Source: an uncultured SAR86 cluster bacterium (lineage in GTDB: Bacteria; Pseudomonadota; Gammaproteobacteria; Magnimaribacterales; D2472). Taken from it: 64,000 bases of DNA. The stretch covers positions 79,756-143,755 of the forward strand of contig CACOEZ010000001.1 of NCBI GenBank assembly GCA_902626385.1, in the 5' to 3' direction. Positions 17,786 through 28,057 of the stretch are shown here, piece after piece. The position numbers were made by a program, and so were the translations under genes. Within the stretch, counting starts at the first letter, position 1. Each line of letters begins with the position of its first letter. The notes under the pieces were generated by a model. That model was not told the DNA's origin, ran no database searches, and saw only the letters and a list, made by a program, of their open reading frames with translations.

Positions 17786-19102
17786 ATGAAATTCAAATTA
17801 TTTTTTTTGGTTTTTCTGTTTTCTTTTAATGTAAAAGCTGATCTCAAAAACAGCTTAGATCAAGAAATAGATGACCTCATGCCTAAAGTTATTGAATGGA
17901 GGCATGATATCCACCAGTACCCCGAGCTTGGAAACAGAGAATTTAGGACAGCAAAAAAAATTGAAGACCATTTAGTCAGTCTCGGAATAGAAGTAGAAAC
18001 AAAGATTGCTTACACAGGTCTAGTAGGACTTATTAAAGGAGAAAAGCCAGGGCCAACAATTGCACTTAGAGCTGATATGGATGCATTACCCGTTGAAGAA
18101 AAAACTGGGTTACCTTTTGCATCAAAAGTAAGAACAACATATCTTGGAAATGATGTTGGTGTAATGCATGCTTGTGGACATGATGCTCATGTGGCCATAT
18201 TAATGGGCGTTGCTGAATTTTTAGCCAAGAATAAGGGAGATTTAAAAGGTAACGTAATGCTTATTTTCCAACCTGCTGAAGAAGGTCCTCCTGAGGACGA
18301 AGGTGGCGGAGCCAAGATGATGTTGGAGGAGGGGATATTTGATAAGTATAAACCTGAGGTAATTTTTGGTCTTCATGTGACAAATATTCCGAATGGTGTT
18401 TTGCTTGTTAAATCTGGTCCTGCAATGGCAGCAGCTTCATCTTACAGAATTAAAATCAAAGGAGTCCAAGCTCATGGATCGACGCCATGGTCAAGTATTG
18501 ATCCAATAATGGCAACGTCCCAGTTGATAGAATCTCTTAATACAATTGTAAGCAGAAGAATAAATATAATTAATAATCCAGCTGTAGTTTCTGTTGGCAT
18601 GGTTGAGTCAGGAACAAGAGCAAATATTATTCCTGAGGATTCCATGTTAATGGGTACTATTAGAACTTTTGATCCAAAGCTTAGAAAAGAGATTTATGAT
18701 GAAATTGAACAAATTGCCGCAGGCGTAGCACTAGGAACAGGAACTGATATAAAAGTAGAATTTGATGTGGGCGGATTTTTCCCAGTTACATATAATGAGC
18801 CTGAGCTTGTAAAAGTTATGAAGGGATCACTTGAATCAGCATCTCCTGGTAGATTTATTGAGTCTGATATTCCCATTACAGGCGCAGAAGACTTTTCTTA
18901 TTTTCAAGAAGAAATTCCAGGAATGTATTTCTTTCTTGGTGTGAATAAGCCAGGGGAGGGATTAAATGCTAAAACATTTGGAGATAGTGAATCAGGTGTT
19001 CCTGGAAATCACTCGCCGTACTTTGTCGTTGACGATTCAGCATTAGACAAGGGTGTCAGGGCTTTTGTGCACCTGGTTGATGATTATCCAAATAAATTTT
19101 AA
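17786..19102 (+). CDS. M20 family amidohydrolase (aminoacylase/hippurate hydrolase-like), secreted
   Basis: WRHDIHQYPELGNRE, MHACGHDAH and PAEEG motifs of M20D. The signal peptide MKFKLFFLVFLFSFNVKA favours ATG 17786 over 17747/17750. Confidence 0.8.
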   Translation: MKFKLFFLVFLFSFNVKADLKNSLDQEIDDLMPKVIEWRHDIHQYPELGNREFRTAKKIEDHLVSLGIEVETKIAYTGLVGLIKGEKPGPTIALRADMDALPVEEKTGLPFASKVRTTYLGNDVGVMHACGHDAHVAILMGVAEFLAKNKGDLKGNVMLIFQPAEEGPPEDEGGGAKMMLEEGIFDKYKPEVIFGLHVTNIPNGVLLVKSGPAMAAASSYRIKIKGVQAHGSTPWSSIDPIMATSQLIESLNTIVSRRINIINNPAVVSVGMVESGTRANIIPEDSMLMGTIRTFDPKLRKEIYDEIEQIAAGVALGTGTDIKVEFDVGGFFPVTYNEPELVKVMKGSLESASPGRFIESDIPITGAEDFSYFQEEIPGMYFFLGVNKPGEGLNAKTFGDSESGVPGNHSPYFVVDDSALDKGVRAFVHLVDDYPNKF

Positions 19103-19124
19103 TAATTAATATAAGGAGAATAAA

Positions 19125-20099
19125 GTGGCAATACCCCAACATATAAAAGAAAATATCTCTATGCCAGTGATAGGAGCACCTTTGTTTCTTATTTCAGGCC
19201 CGGATTTAGTAATAGCACAATGCAAAGCAGGCATCATTGGTTCTTTTCCTGCATTAAATGCAAGACCTCAACACGTATTGGAGGAGTGGATAATAAGAAT
19301 TAAAACTGAGCTGGCTGAGTACAAAGAACAAAATCCGGAAGCTAAGGTTGCCCCTTTTGCTGTAAATCAAATATGTCATGGGTCGAATGATAGATTAATG
19401 GATGACATGGAAACATGTGTAAAGCATGAAGTGCCAATTATTATTACATCTTTGAGACCGCCAGCGGAGGTGGTTGAAGCTGCTCATAGCTATGGAGGAC
19501 TGGTTTTTCATGATGTAATAAGCGTTAGACATGCAAAAAAAGCTGCTGAGCAGGGTGTCGACGGATTAATATTGGTATGTGCTGGCGCTGGTGGCCATGC
19601 AGGAGCATTATCACCATTTGCTTTGTTGAGGGAAGTAAAAGAATGGTTTGATGGAACAGTAATATTGTCTGGCTCAATCGGAGATGGTTACTCTGTGGCA
19701 TCATCCTTGGCGCTAGGAGCTGACTTTGCATATATGGGAACGAGATTTATTGCTACTGAAGAGGCTAATGCCGATCAAGAATATAAAAAAATGCTTGAAG
19801 AGAGCGCAGCTTCTGACATAGTTTATTCATCTTTATTTACAGGTGTTCTGGGTAACTATCTAAAACCATCAATATCTAATGCTGGATTAGATCCTGATAA
19901 TCTTCCTGAAGCTGATAAGTCGTCTATGAATTTTGGTTCAGGTGGAAACACAGACTCAAAAGCATGGAAGGATATATGGGGTTCAGGACAAGGAATAGGA
20001 AGAATTGTCGATTCTCCAAGTGTATCAGAATTGGTAGGAAGGCTAAAAGAAGAATATCTAGAGTCTGTAAAAGAGCTGCAAAATAAAGTAAATCTGTAG
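19125..20099 (+). CDS. nitronate monooxygenase (NMO/2-nitropropane dioxygenase) family flavoprotein
   Basis: GAPLFLISGPDLV, CAGAGGHAG, GTRFIATEE motifs. GTG start 7 nt after AAGGAG. Confidence 0.75.
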   Translation: MAIPQHIKENISMPVIGAPLFLISGPDLVIAQCKAGIIGSFPALNARPQHVLEEWIIRIKTELAEYKEQNPEAKVAPFAVNQICHGSNDRLMDDMETCVKHEVPIIITSLRPPAEVVEAAHSYGGLVFHDVISVRHAKKAAEQGVDGLILVCAGAGGHAGALSPFALLREVKEWFDGTVILSGSIGDGYSVASSLALGADFAYMGTRFIATEEANADQEYKKMLEESAASDIVYSSLFTGVLGNYLKPSISNAGLDPDNLPEADKSSMNFGSGGNTDSKAWKDIWGSGQGIGRIVDSPSVSELVGRLKEEYLESVKELQNKVNL

Positions 20100-20132
20100 A
20101 TTTTTTTACTACTTAACTATATCATTCACACA

Positions 20133-20330
20133 TTGTTAACTATTTTTATTGTGGGGATGAATAGTTTAATTTTATTATCAGTAGTTGTTACATCTGTTTG
20201 CTCAGTTACTTTCTTATTATTTGCTTCAGGCAAAGGTTTGGAAGGAACAAAAGGCATAACAGATGAGTACATAACAGAGAGTGGTTTAAAGAAGACAGCA
20301 AGAAAAGATCGTACAGATTATCTAGTCTAA
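20133..20330 (+). CDS. small single-TM hypothetical protein
   Basis: ORF only. Internal ATG at 20157 gives MNSLILLSVVVTSVCSVTFLLFA (one TM). No homolog recognised. Confidence 0.25.
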   Translation: MLTIFIVGMNSLILLSVVVTSVCSVTFLLFASGKGLEGTKGITDEYITESGLKKTARKDRTDYLV

Positions 20331-20333
20331 CTT

Positions 20334-20519
20334 ATGCCCAAAAAAAATTTCAGAAAGCTTTTTCTTTCAGGCTGGAATAGGCTATTTGGCAAAGAAGAAG
20401 ACATCAATAAACTAAGAACTCAAAGCTTCTACAGAGCAAAAAAAGGCATAATGAATGTTGGTACTCCTCATGACTGGGAAGATTACGACAAATATAAGAA
20501 ATCTGAAAAAAATGAGTAA
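20334..20519 (+). CDS. small Lys-rich hypothetical protein
   Basis: 61 aa. Its stop overlaps the ATG of the next gene (ATGAGTAA), suggesting translational coupling. No homolog recognised. Confidence 0.3.
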   Translation: MPKKNFRKLFLSGWNRLFGKEEDINKLRTQSFYRAKKGIMNVGTPHDWEDYDKYKKSEKNE

Positions 20520-21393
20520 TATTAGAGTAGGATTTATTGGCTTGGGTGTAATGGGTTCTGAAATGGCAGGACATCTTCAGGCAAGCAAATATGAACTAAC
20601 TGTCTTTAATAGATCTGAAAAAAATAGAACTAACTGGAAGAATAAATTCAAAGGAAGGGTATCTAGCTCCTTACAAGAAATAGCAGAATCTTCTAATGTA
20701 ATAATTCTTTGTATTAGCAAGGATGAGGATGTTGAAGAGGTGATAAATGGTAATGAAGGCATGCTTAAAAATCTAAAAGAAGGAACAATTATCATTGATC
20801 ACAGTACTACTTCCTCAGAACTTCCTATTAAAATGAACAAGCTTTTAAATCCTTTAAATATTCAATTTATAGATGCGCCTATATCTGGTGGTCAGGCTGG
20901 TGCTGAATCTGGACAACTTTCAGTTATGGCAGGAGGTGATGAGCAATCTTTCGATAAGGTAAAAGAAATAATTAATATCTACTCAAAATTTGCGAAATAT
21001 ATGGGTAAAAGCGGAAGTGGTCAATTGACGAAAATGGTAAATCAGATTTGTATAGCAGGCCTTATTCAAGCTTTGTCTGAAGGAATCAATTTTTCAGAAA
21101 AAGTTGGATTGAATAGTAGAAATGTTTTTGAAGTTATTTCAAAGGGAGCAGCCCAGTCATGGCAAATGGAGAATAGATGGGAGTCAATGTTGTTAGACGA
21201 ATATGATCATGGCTTTGCCGTAGATCTAATGAAAAAAGATTTAGGCATTATTATCAAAAGAGCTGAAAAATCTGGAATTAATTTAGATATTACAAAAATC
21301 ATTGATGGTTTTTATACTGAAATCCAGGATGCAAATGGCGGCAGATGGGATACATCAAGCCTATTAAGAAGAATTCAAAGATTGATTAAATAA
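20512..21393 (+). CDS. NAD(P)-dependent 3-hydroxyisobutyrate dehydrogenase family oxidoreductase
   Basis: MSNIRVGFIGLGVMGSEMAGHL Rossmann start. DAPISGG and GSGQLTKMVNQ motifs. Confidence 0.8.
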   Translation: MSNIRVGFIGLGVMGSEMAGHLQASKYELTVFNRSEKNRTNWKNKFKGRVSSSLQEIAESSNVIILCISKDEDVEEVINGNEGMLKNLKEGTIIIDHSTTSSELPIKMNKLLNPLNIQFIDAPISGGQAGAESGQLSVMAGGDEQSFDKVKEIINIYSKFAKYMGKSGSGQLTKMVNQICIAGLIQALSEGINFSEKVGLNSRNVFEVISKGAAQSWQMENRWESMLLDEYDHGFAVDLMKKDLGIIIKRAEKSGINLDITKIIDGFYTEIQDANGGRWDTSSLLRRIQRLIK

Positions 21394-21754
21394 TTAATTT
21401 AGAAAGATATACTAAGACTCCAAAAGCAATCAAAATCCAGCCTGTCATTGATTCCGTAGAACCAGGATCAACATTCATTGATTGATCATATATTTCATAG
21501 AAGTTATCAGGAAAAGCAACCAGCCAAACTACACCAAAAATATGGAACATCATTATTAAAAAGATTATCCAGTTTAGGGGCTGACTGGTAAAAACAATAT
21601 AGGAGGCAATCACAATAAAAAAAAGCTCGACGGCTAGAACCTTATTTATGTTCATTTTTTGATATAGATATTTAAGAAAACCTATATTGTTAAAGTAAGA
21701 ATATATAAAAAGAAAACCGTACATCATATAAAGTGAAGATAAAAAAATTATCAT
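21386..21754 (-). CDS. small 4-TM membrane protein, unknown function
   Basis: ATG 21754 lies 1 nt after the MazG-like stop. Hydrophobic helices throughout. The longer listed ORF would overlap the upstream gene. Confidence 0.4.
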   Translation of the reverse strand: MIIFLSSLYMMYGFLFIYSYFNNIGFLKYLYQKMNINKVLAVELFFIVIASYIVFTSQPLNWIIFLIMMFHIFGVVWLVAFPDNFYEIYDQSMNVDPGSTESMTGWILIAFGVLVYLSKLII

Positions 21755-21755
21755 A

Positions 21756-22172
21756 TTAAAGATCACCTTCCTTTCGAATTTCACTTCTCTCAATTTCAAA
21801 TTTTTCACCATAACGAGCAGCAAGCTTCTCTTGATTCTCACTTATGACTTCGTAAGGATCCAAATTTAGAGCAGCACATGCTGTAACCCAATACCACATT
21901 ATGTCTCCAAGCTCTCTTTTCATGTGAAAGATATTATCTTCATTCGGGGGCTTGCCTTGTAAAAACATTTTTTTAACAATTTCTACAAACTCTCCAGTTT
22001 CACTTCCCAAACCAAGGGCTGCAGTAAGCAAACGAGGTGTTTTAATTGATGAGCTACTTTCAATATCATCAAAACTATTCTTAAGTGCATCCAAGTCTAT
22101 GCTCGGATCACTTGTTACCTTTGTTACAAAATCTGTATATGTTGAAAAGAATTCTTTTATTTCTTTGCTCAT
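21756..22172 (-). CDS. MazG-like nucleotide pyrophosphohydrolase domain protein
   Basis: All-alpha NTP-PPase pattern GSETGEFVEIVKK...ELGDIMWYW. ATG 22172 is preceded by GGGAGAG. Confidence 0.65.
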   Translation of the reverse strand: MSKEIKEFFSTYTDFVTKVTSDPSIDLDALKNSFDDIESSSSIKTPRLLTAALGLGSETGEFVEIVKKMFLQGKPPNEDNIFHMKRELGDIMWYWVTACAALNLDPYEVISENQEKLAARYGEKFEIERSEIRKEGDL

Positions 22173-22263
22173 TTTCTCTCCCAAAATAATAATTAATTTT
22201 AACATCTCATATTGAAAGTTAAAAAATGAAATACTAATTCTGCAAAGCAGATTTTAAGTAGGG

Positions 22264-23109
22264 CTAATGATCGCTTTTTAAAGATCTTTGACTATCAGCA
22301 ATATTGTAAAGATGGTCTTGTGCTTCTGGTTTTAGCTGAGCAACACCCATGGTCAAAACGTCAATCACGGCTGTATAGGCTATTCTGGATGTGACAGGTT
22401 TTGACAATCTATTATTAATACCAACATTAATTGCTAAAGGTAGATCACAAATGTTTGCTAATGGCGTATCTCCAGGCATTATCCCAATAACTTTTACTCC
22501 ATTTTTTCTTACTATCTTTACACTTTCTATTAAAGCAGTAGTTGTACCAGATTGAGATATAGCGACAACCACATCATCTTTACCTAAAGAGTTTGCAGAC
22601 ATAAATTGAAGATGAGGATCAGAGATATTAGAAGAAGGGATTTTTAATCTGAAAAATTTATGTTGACCATCCATTGCAACTGGAGCTGAGCCACCAAATG
22701 CGTAAAATTCTACTCTTTTAGCATTAACCAAAGCTTCTATTGCGCTTTCAAGTATATCTTGATCAATCTGCGATCTTACATTTAAGATTTCGCTAATGCT
22801 TGTATCAAAAACTTTTTCACAAAGCTCATGAATGGAATCATCTTCATCAATCTCATACATGACAAAATAATCATCAGCAGCCAATTGTTGTGACAAATTA
22901 ATTTTTAAATCTTGAAATCCTGAAAAACCAATAGCTTTGCAAAATCTGATTAAAGTTGGCTCACTTATGCCCATTGCAGAAGAGGCTTCAGCAGTTTTCA
23001 TTGTGATTACTGATTTTGGATCTTCTAAAATGAATTCTCCTACCGTTCTTTCTGATTTTCTTAAATCAGGCAAGGAATTCTTAATTTGTCTCAATAATTT
23101 TGTCGACAT
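22264..23109 (-). CDS. RpiR/HexR family transcriptional regulator (HTH + SIS domain)
   Basis: N-terminal HTH (AEASSAMGISEPTLIRFCKAIGFSGF). C-terminal SIS domain (VVVAISQSGTT). Confidence 0.8.
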   Translation of the reverse strand: MSTKLLRQIKNSLPDLRKSERTVGEFILEDPKSVITMKTAEASSAMGISEPTLIRFCKAIGFSGFQDLKINLSQQLAADDYFVMYEIDEDDSIHELCEKVFDTSISEILNVRSQIDQDILESAIEALVNAKRVEFYAFGGSAPVAMDGQHKFFRLKIPSSNISDPHLQFMSANSLGKDDVVVAISQSGTTTALIESVKIVRKNGVKVIGIMPGDTPLANICDLPLAINVGINNRLSKPVTSRIAYTAVIDVLTMGVAQLKPEAQDHLYNIADSQRSLKSDH

Positions 23110-23112
23110 AAG

Positions 23113-23127
23113 GTTAGAATATCTAAC
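23113..23127. promoter_or_regulatory. short inverted repeat in the rpiR/uvrD divergent region
   Basis: GTTAGA-ata-TCTAAC, 4 nt upstream of the RpiR-family start codon. Short and AT-rich, so it may be chance. Confidence 0.2.
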
Positions 23128-23151
23128 TTAAACAAAAAAATGAATCCCTAA

Positions 23152-25329
23152 ATGGACGTATCGCATATTTTAGATAATCTTAATGACGAGCAAAGAAAGG
23201 CAGTTACATCTGAAAAACAATATTTGCTGGTTCTAGCTGGAGCAGGCTCAGGTAAAACTAGAGTTTTAGTTCATAAGATTGCATGGGAAGTTGAAGCTCT
23301 GGGAAGAAACTCATCGTCAATAATGGCTGTAACCTTTACAAATAAAGCAGCAAATGAAATGCGATCTAGAATTGAATCGCTGCTTCAGGCTCCAATTTTT
23401 GATTCATGGGTTGGTACATTCCATGGCCTTTCGCATAAGCTTCTTAAAAGATTCCATAAAGAAGCTGATCTATCAAGTAACTTCACAATTCTTGACTCAG
23501 ATGACCAATATAGAATCGTTAAAAGAATTTCTAAGGAGTTTAGCCTCGATGAGGCAACATGGCCTGCCAGACAAAGCCAATGGCAGATAAATGCTTGGAA
23601 GGATGATGGATTAAGAAATAAAGATGTTGACGAAAAAGGAGATTTTTATACCGAAACAATAAATAAAATTTATAAAGAATATGAAGACGTTTGTAAAAGA
23701 GATGATCTTGTTGATTTTGGTGAACTGCTTTTAAGATCATACGAAGTACTGGTTAACTCAAAATCTGTAAAAAATTTTTTCCAAACGAGGTTTCAATCAG
23801 TTCTAATTGATGAGTTTCAAGATACTAATACGATTCAATATAAATGGTTACAAGAAATTACATCTTCAAAAAATACAAACGTTACTGCAGTTGGTGATGA
23901 TGACCAATCTATTTATGGATGGAGAGGAGCTAAAGTTGAGCATGTTAATACCTTTTCAGATGACTTTAAGGGAACGGAAATAATTAGATTAGAGCAAAAT
24001 TATAGATCTACAAACATTATCTTGAATGCTGCAAATGCGCTTATTGATAATAATAAGGATAGGCTTGGAAAAAATCTTTGGACTGACAAAACTGAAGGAG
24101 AACAAATAATTTTGTATCAAGCATTTAATGAGCAGGATGAAGCTCGCTTTGTAGCAGATATTTTAAAAGATTGGATGAATAAAGGAGGAGCTTATGCCGA
24201 GACAGCAGTACTTTATAGATCAAATGCTCAATCTAGGGCAATTGAAGAGGCGCTATTAAGAGTAAGTATTCCCTATAGAATTTATGGCGGATTACGTTTT
24301 TATGAAAGGTTGGAAATTAAAAACGCAATAGCTTACTTAAGAATAATTTTTAACAACAATGATAATCCCTCTTTTGAAAGATCAATATCTAACCCAACAA
24401 GAGGTGTTGGAGAAAAAACTTTAGCAAAAATTAGACAAGCTGCAAAAAAATTTAATATATCTTATATAAAAGCCTCCGCAAAATTAATTGATGAAGGTTC
24501 AATTTCTGGGAGGGGTGGTTCTGGATTAAGAGACTATCTTGAATTTGTTGCAGGTTGTAAAAGCTTTATCGAAGAAAATACCTTGTCTGATTTAATGGAG
24601 CTTATTATCAAAGAAACTGGTCTATATGCCTATCATGCTAAAGAAGCTGGAGAGAAAGGTAAAACCCGAACTGAAAACTTAGAAGAGCTTATTTCAGCAA
24701 CGAAAAATTTTGAACAAAGCATCAGAGAAGATAAAACAAATATTGAAATTGCTGAAAGTTATCTCGATATAATTTCCTTAGATTCAGGAGATAGACAAGC
24801 TGATGAGCATGATGATGCTGCTCAGCTTATGACAATGCATTCAGCCAAAGGTTTAGAGTTTAAATTAGTTCTATTAACTGGCTTGGAAGAAAGCCTTTTT
24901 CCTCATGGTAGATCTATGGAGAGCGCCTCTCAATTGGAAGAAGAAAGAAGGCTTTGTTACGTCGCAATTACTAGGGCTATGGAAAAGTTATATATAACTC
25001 ATGCAGAATCAAGAAGGCTTCACGGAACAGATACCTTTAATCCACCTTCAAGATTTTTAAGAGAGATTCCCAAAGATCTGATTGATGAAATAAGACCTAG
25101 AGCACAAACCAATATTCCTTATAATAGAAAAGACTTTAATGAAACAAAGATGGAGTTTGAGGAGGAAATAGGGATTGCACTTGGTCAAAAAGTGCTACAT
25201 AAAAAATTTGGTGAGGGAATTGTATTAAATTACGAAGGATCAGGAGAGTCAGCCAGAGTACAAGTGAACTTTAGTGATTCAGGTACAAAATGGTTGGTAA
25301 TGGCTTATGCAAATTTAGAAAAAATATGA
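23152..25329 (+). CDS. uvrD: DNA helicase II
   Basis: SF1 motifs AGAGSGKT, DEFQDTN, QNYRST, TMHSAKGLEF, VAITRA. 725 aa. Confidence 0.95.
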   Translation: MDVSHILDNLNDEQRKAVTSEKQYLLVLAGAGSGKTRVLVHKIAWEVEALGRNSSSIMAVTFTNKAANEMRSRIESLLQAPIFDSWVGTFHGLSHKLLKRFHKEADLSSNFTILDSDDQYRIVKRISKEFSLDEATWPARQSQWQINAWKDDGLRNKDVDEKGDFYTETINKIYKEYEDVCKRDDLVDFGELLLRSYEVLVNSKSVKNFFQTRFQSVLIDEFQDTNTIQYKWLQEITSSKNTNVTAVGDDDQSIYGWRGAKVEHVNTFSDDFKGTEIIRLEQNYRSTNIILNAANALIDNNKDRLGKNLWTDKTEGEQIILYQAFNEQDEARFVADILKDWMNKGGAYAETAVLYRSNAQSRAIEEALLRVSIPYRIYGGLRFYERLEIKNAIAYLRIIFNNNDNPSFERSISNPTRGVGEKTLAKIRQAAKKFNISYIKASAKLIDEGSISGRGGSGLRDYLEFVAGCKSFIEENTLSDLMELIIKETGLYAYHAKEAGEKGKTRTENLEELISATKNFEQSIREDKTNIEIAESYLDIISLDSGDRQADEHDDAAQLMTMHSAKGLEFKLVLLTGLEESLFPHGRSMESASQLEEERRLCYVAITRAMEKLYITHAESRRLHGTDTFNPPSRFLREIPKDLIDEIRPRAQTNIPYNRKDFNETKMEFEEEIGIALGQKVLHKKFGEGIVLNYEGSGESARVQVNFSDSGTKWLVMAYANLEKI

Positions 25330-26414
25330 TGAAAATTTTTACATACACATTTATGGCTTTGATTTTAGTAAGTTGCTCAAATCCACAAGATATGTCTTCC
25401 CAACAAGATGAAAAGGTCAACAAAGAATATAATTGGAGACTGGTTACGTCATGGCCAAAAAATTATCCCGGCCTAGGGATGGCCCCTGAAAGAATTGCTG
25501 ATCTTGTTGAAGAAATGAGCAATGGACAAATGAAAATAACTGTTTTCGGTGCTGAAGAACAGGTTCCTGCATTTGGGGTTTTTGATGCGGTATCAAGCGG
25601 CTCACATCAAATGGGACATAGCGGTGGCTATTTTTGGAAAGGGAAAGTCCCAGCTGCACAGTTTTTTACAAGTGTTCCCTTTGGACTTACTGCTGATGAA
25701 ATAAACGCATGGGTTAATAGAGGTGGAGGATTAGAACTATGGAGAGAGATATATGCCCCATTTAATATCTATCCAATTCCAGCCGGAAATACTGGAACAC
25801 AAATGTTTGGCTGGTTTAATAAAGAAATTAATTCATTGGAAGATATTAAAGGCCTTAAAATGAGAATTCCTGGTATTGGTGGAGAAGTATTAAAAGAAGC
25901 TGGTGGAATTCCCGTTACGCTTCCTGGCGGAGAACTATTTACAGCTCTTCAGACAGGAGTAATAGATGCAACAGAGTGGGTTGGTCCATACAATGACCTT
26001 ACTTTTGGTTTCCATCAGGCTGCTAAATATTATTATTATCCCGGCTGGCATGAGCCAGGACCTATGCTTGAATTACTAATTAACAAAGATGCATGGGAAT
26101 CACTTCCAAAACATCTCCAAGTTATTATTGAAACTGCATCAAAGGCCGTGAATCAGGATATGCTTGATGAATACTTAGCAAAAAACAATCAGGCACTTAC
26201 AGAGTTGGTTAAGGTCCATGGCGTTGAATTGAGAAAGCTACCAGATGATGTAATTGAAGAGTTTCGGAAAATCTCAAATAAAATTCTAAATGATCTATCT
26301 GAGGAAGACGAAACAATTGCAAAAGTTTATAGTTCTTATTTAAAGTTTAAAAAAGATGTATCCGCATATCATGAAATTTCTGAAGATGCGTTTATAGAAG
26401 CTAGAAATAAATAG
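25326..26414 (+). CDS. dctP: TRAP transporter substrate-binding protein (DctP family), predicted lipoprotein
   Basis: DctP-type SBP pattern (WRLVTSWPKN...GGYFWKGK...). N-terminus MMKIFTYTFMALILVS-C has a lipobox. ATG overlaps the uvrD stop. Confidence 0.85.
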   Translation: MMKIFTYTFMALILVSCSNPQDMSSQQDEKVNKEYNWRLVTSWPKNYPGLGMAPERIADLVEEMSNGQMKITVFGAEEQVPAFGVFDAVSSGSHQMGHSGGYFWKGKVPAAQFFTSVPFGLTADEINAWVNRGGGLELWREIYAPFNIYPIPAGNTGTQMFGWFNKEINSLEDIKGLKMRIPGIGGEVLKEAGGIPVTLPGGELFTALQTGVIDATEWVGPYNDLTFGFHQAAKYYYYPGWHEPGPMLELLINKDAWESLPKHLQVIIETASKAVNQDMLDEYLAKNNQALTELVKVHGVELRKLPDDVIEEFRKISNKILNDLSEEDETIAKVYSSYLKFKKDVSAYHEISEDAFIEARNK

Positions 26415-27016
26415 TGCTAGAAGACTTAACTTTTAAATCTCTTGGAAATGTAAACTATCATGAAGCACATGCTTTGATGAAATCTCATATTGAACATGAA
26501 AAATTTAGCAATGAAATATGGCTTCTTGAGCATCCACCAGTTTTTACATTGGGAACAGCAGCAGATGAAAAGCATGTATTAAATCCGAAAGACATTCCCG
26601 TTGTCCAGTCAGATAGAGGAGGAGAGGTCACCTATCATGGGCCAGGACAGTTAATAATATATTTTATGCTTGATGTAAAAAAACTAGATTTTGGCCCCAA
26701 AAGATTAGTTTCCACAATTCAAGGATTTGTTAAAGACTTACTTCACGGATTTTTAATAGAATGTAATTTTGTAAAAGGCGCGCCCGGAGTCTATGTTGAC
26801 AACAAGAAGATTGCATCAATTGGATTAAGAATCTCTAAAGGTAAATCGTATCACGGGATTAGTATTAATTTTGATATGGATCTAAAGCCATTTCAGCAGA
26901 TAAATCCATGTGGTTTTAAAGGTTTAGAAGTTACACAAATAAAAGATTTAAATAGAGATATTTCTCAACTACAATTAGAGAAATCCTCAATTGATTTACT
27001 TAAAAATATTTTTTAG
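26414..27016 (+). CDS. lipB: octanoyltransferase
   Basis: [13 protein letters not shown] motif, KIASIG catalytic Lys region. Directly upstream of lipA. Confidence 0.9.
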   Translation: MLEDLTFKSLGNVNYHEAHALMKSHIEHEKFSNEIWLLEHPPVFTLGTAADEKHVLNPKDIPVVQSDRGGEVTYHGPGQLIIYFMLDVKKLDFGPKRLVSTIQGFVKDLLHGFLIECNFVKGAPGVYVDNKKIASIGLRISKGKSYHGISINFDMDLKPFQQINPCGFKGLEVTQIKDLNRDISQLQLEKSSIDLLKNIF

Positions 27017-27018
27017 AA

Positions 27019-27981
27019 ATGGAAATTATAGCTACAACAAAAATTACAAACAGAGATGGAATCAAAGCTATTAAGAATGGCCAAAAATTTAATAAATTTT
27101 CTGATATTCCAACCCCTAAGAAGCCGAGTTGGTTGAAAGTTAAAGCTGAATTTAATCCTAATTTCCATAAAGTTAAAGAACAGGTCCATAGTAAACAGCT
27201 TTATACAGTTTGTGAGGAGGCGCATTGTCCTAATATCAGTGAATGTTGGTCTGCAGGAACAGCCACTTTTATGTTGATGGGATCAGTTTGCACTAGAGCA
27301 TGTAAATTCTGTTCTGTAGATACTGGAAATCCAAATGGCTGGCTGGATAAAGATGAACCAATGAATACTGCAAAAGCAGTAGAAATCATGAATTTAAAAT
27401 ATGTAGTTTTGACATCTGTAAATAGAGATGACCTTCAAGATGGTGGGGCTCAGCATTTCGCAAATACTGTAAAGTTAATTAAAGAATTCAATCCTAACAC
27501 TGCGGTTGAAGCACTCACTCCTGATTTTAAAGGACTGTCATCGTCGATTGAAACTATAGTTAATTGTGGATTAGAAGTTTTCGCTCAAAATATAGAAACT
27601 GTTGAAAGACTTACTCATCAAGTTAGAGATATTAGAGCAGGTTATCAACAAACACTAGATGTTCTTGCTGAATCAAAGCGAATTAACCCGAAAGTTCTTA
27701 CCAAAACTAGCATTATTCTCGGATTAGGTGAAACAGACTTAGAAATAGAGCAAACCCTGAATGATCTAGCAAAAAATAATGTTGATATTGTTACTATTGG
27801 ACAGTACTTAAGGCCGACAAGAAACCATCATCCAATCGAAAGATGGGTCACACCTCAAGAGTTTGAATACTATAGAGAAATCGGACTAAAAAAAGGCTTT
27901 CTTGAAGTTGTTTCAGGTCCTATGGTTAGATCAAGTTATAGGGCAGAAAGAGCGCTTCAGAAGAATAATGCCGGGCTTTAA
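27019..27981 (+). CDS. lipA: lipoyl synthase
   Basis: [12 protein letters not shown] auxiliary cluster motif and radical-SAM CTRACKFC motif. Confidence 0.95.
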   Translation: MEIIATTKITNRDGIKAIKNGQKFNKFSDIPTPKKPSWLKVKAEFNPNFHKVKEQVHSKQLYTVCEEAHCPNISECWSAGTATFMLMGSVCTRACKFCSVDTGNPNGWLDKDEPMNTAKAVEIMNLKYVVLTSVNRDDLQDGGAQHFANTVKLIKEFNPNTAVEALTPDFKGLSSSIETIVNCGLEVFAQNIETVERLTHQVRDIRAGYQQTLDVLAESKRINPKVLTKTSIILGLGETDLEIEQTLNDLAKNNVDIVTIGQYLRPTRNHHPIERWVTPQEFEYYREIGLKKGFLEVVSGPMVRSSYRAERALQKNNAGL

Positions 27982-28057
27982 TTTATAGAAATAATATCAT
28001 TTCGGAAATTCTTACAATCCTAAGATTTAATTACACGCAACTGTAAAACCTGTATGT

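Noticed and set aside
22230-22250. Small hairpin TCTGC-aaa-GCAGA after the RpiR-family gene, and AT-only stems at 7714-7732 and 30532-30568, considered as intrinsic terminators.
   Set aside because: The stems are only 5-7 bp, mostly A/T, and lack a convincing U-tract. This is too weak to call.
23110-23151. Looked for a LexA/SOS box (CTGT-N8-ACAG) upstream of uvrD.
   Set aside because: No CTG...CAG pair with the right spacing occurs in the 42-bp upstream region.
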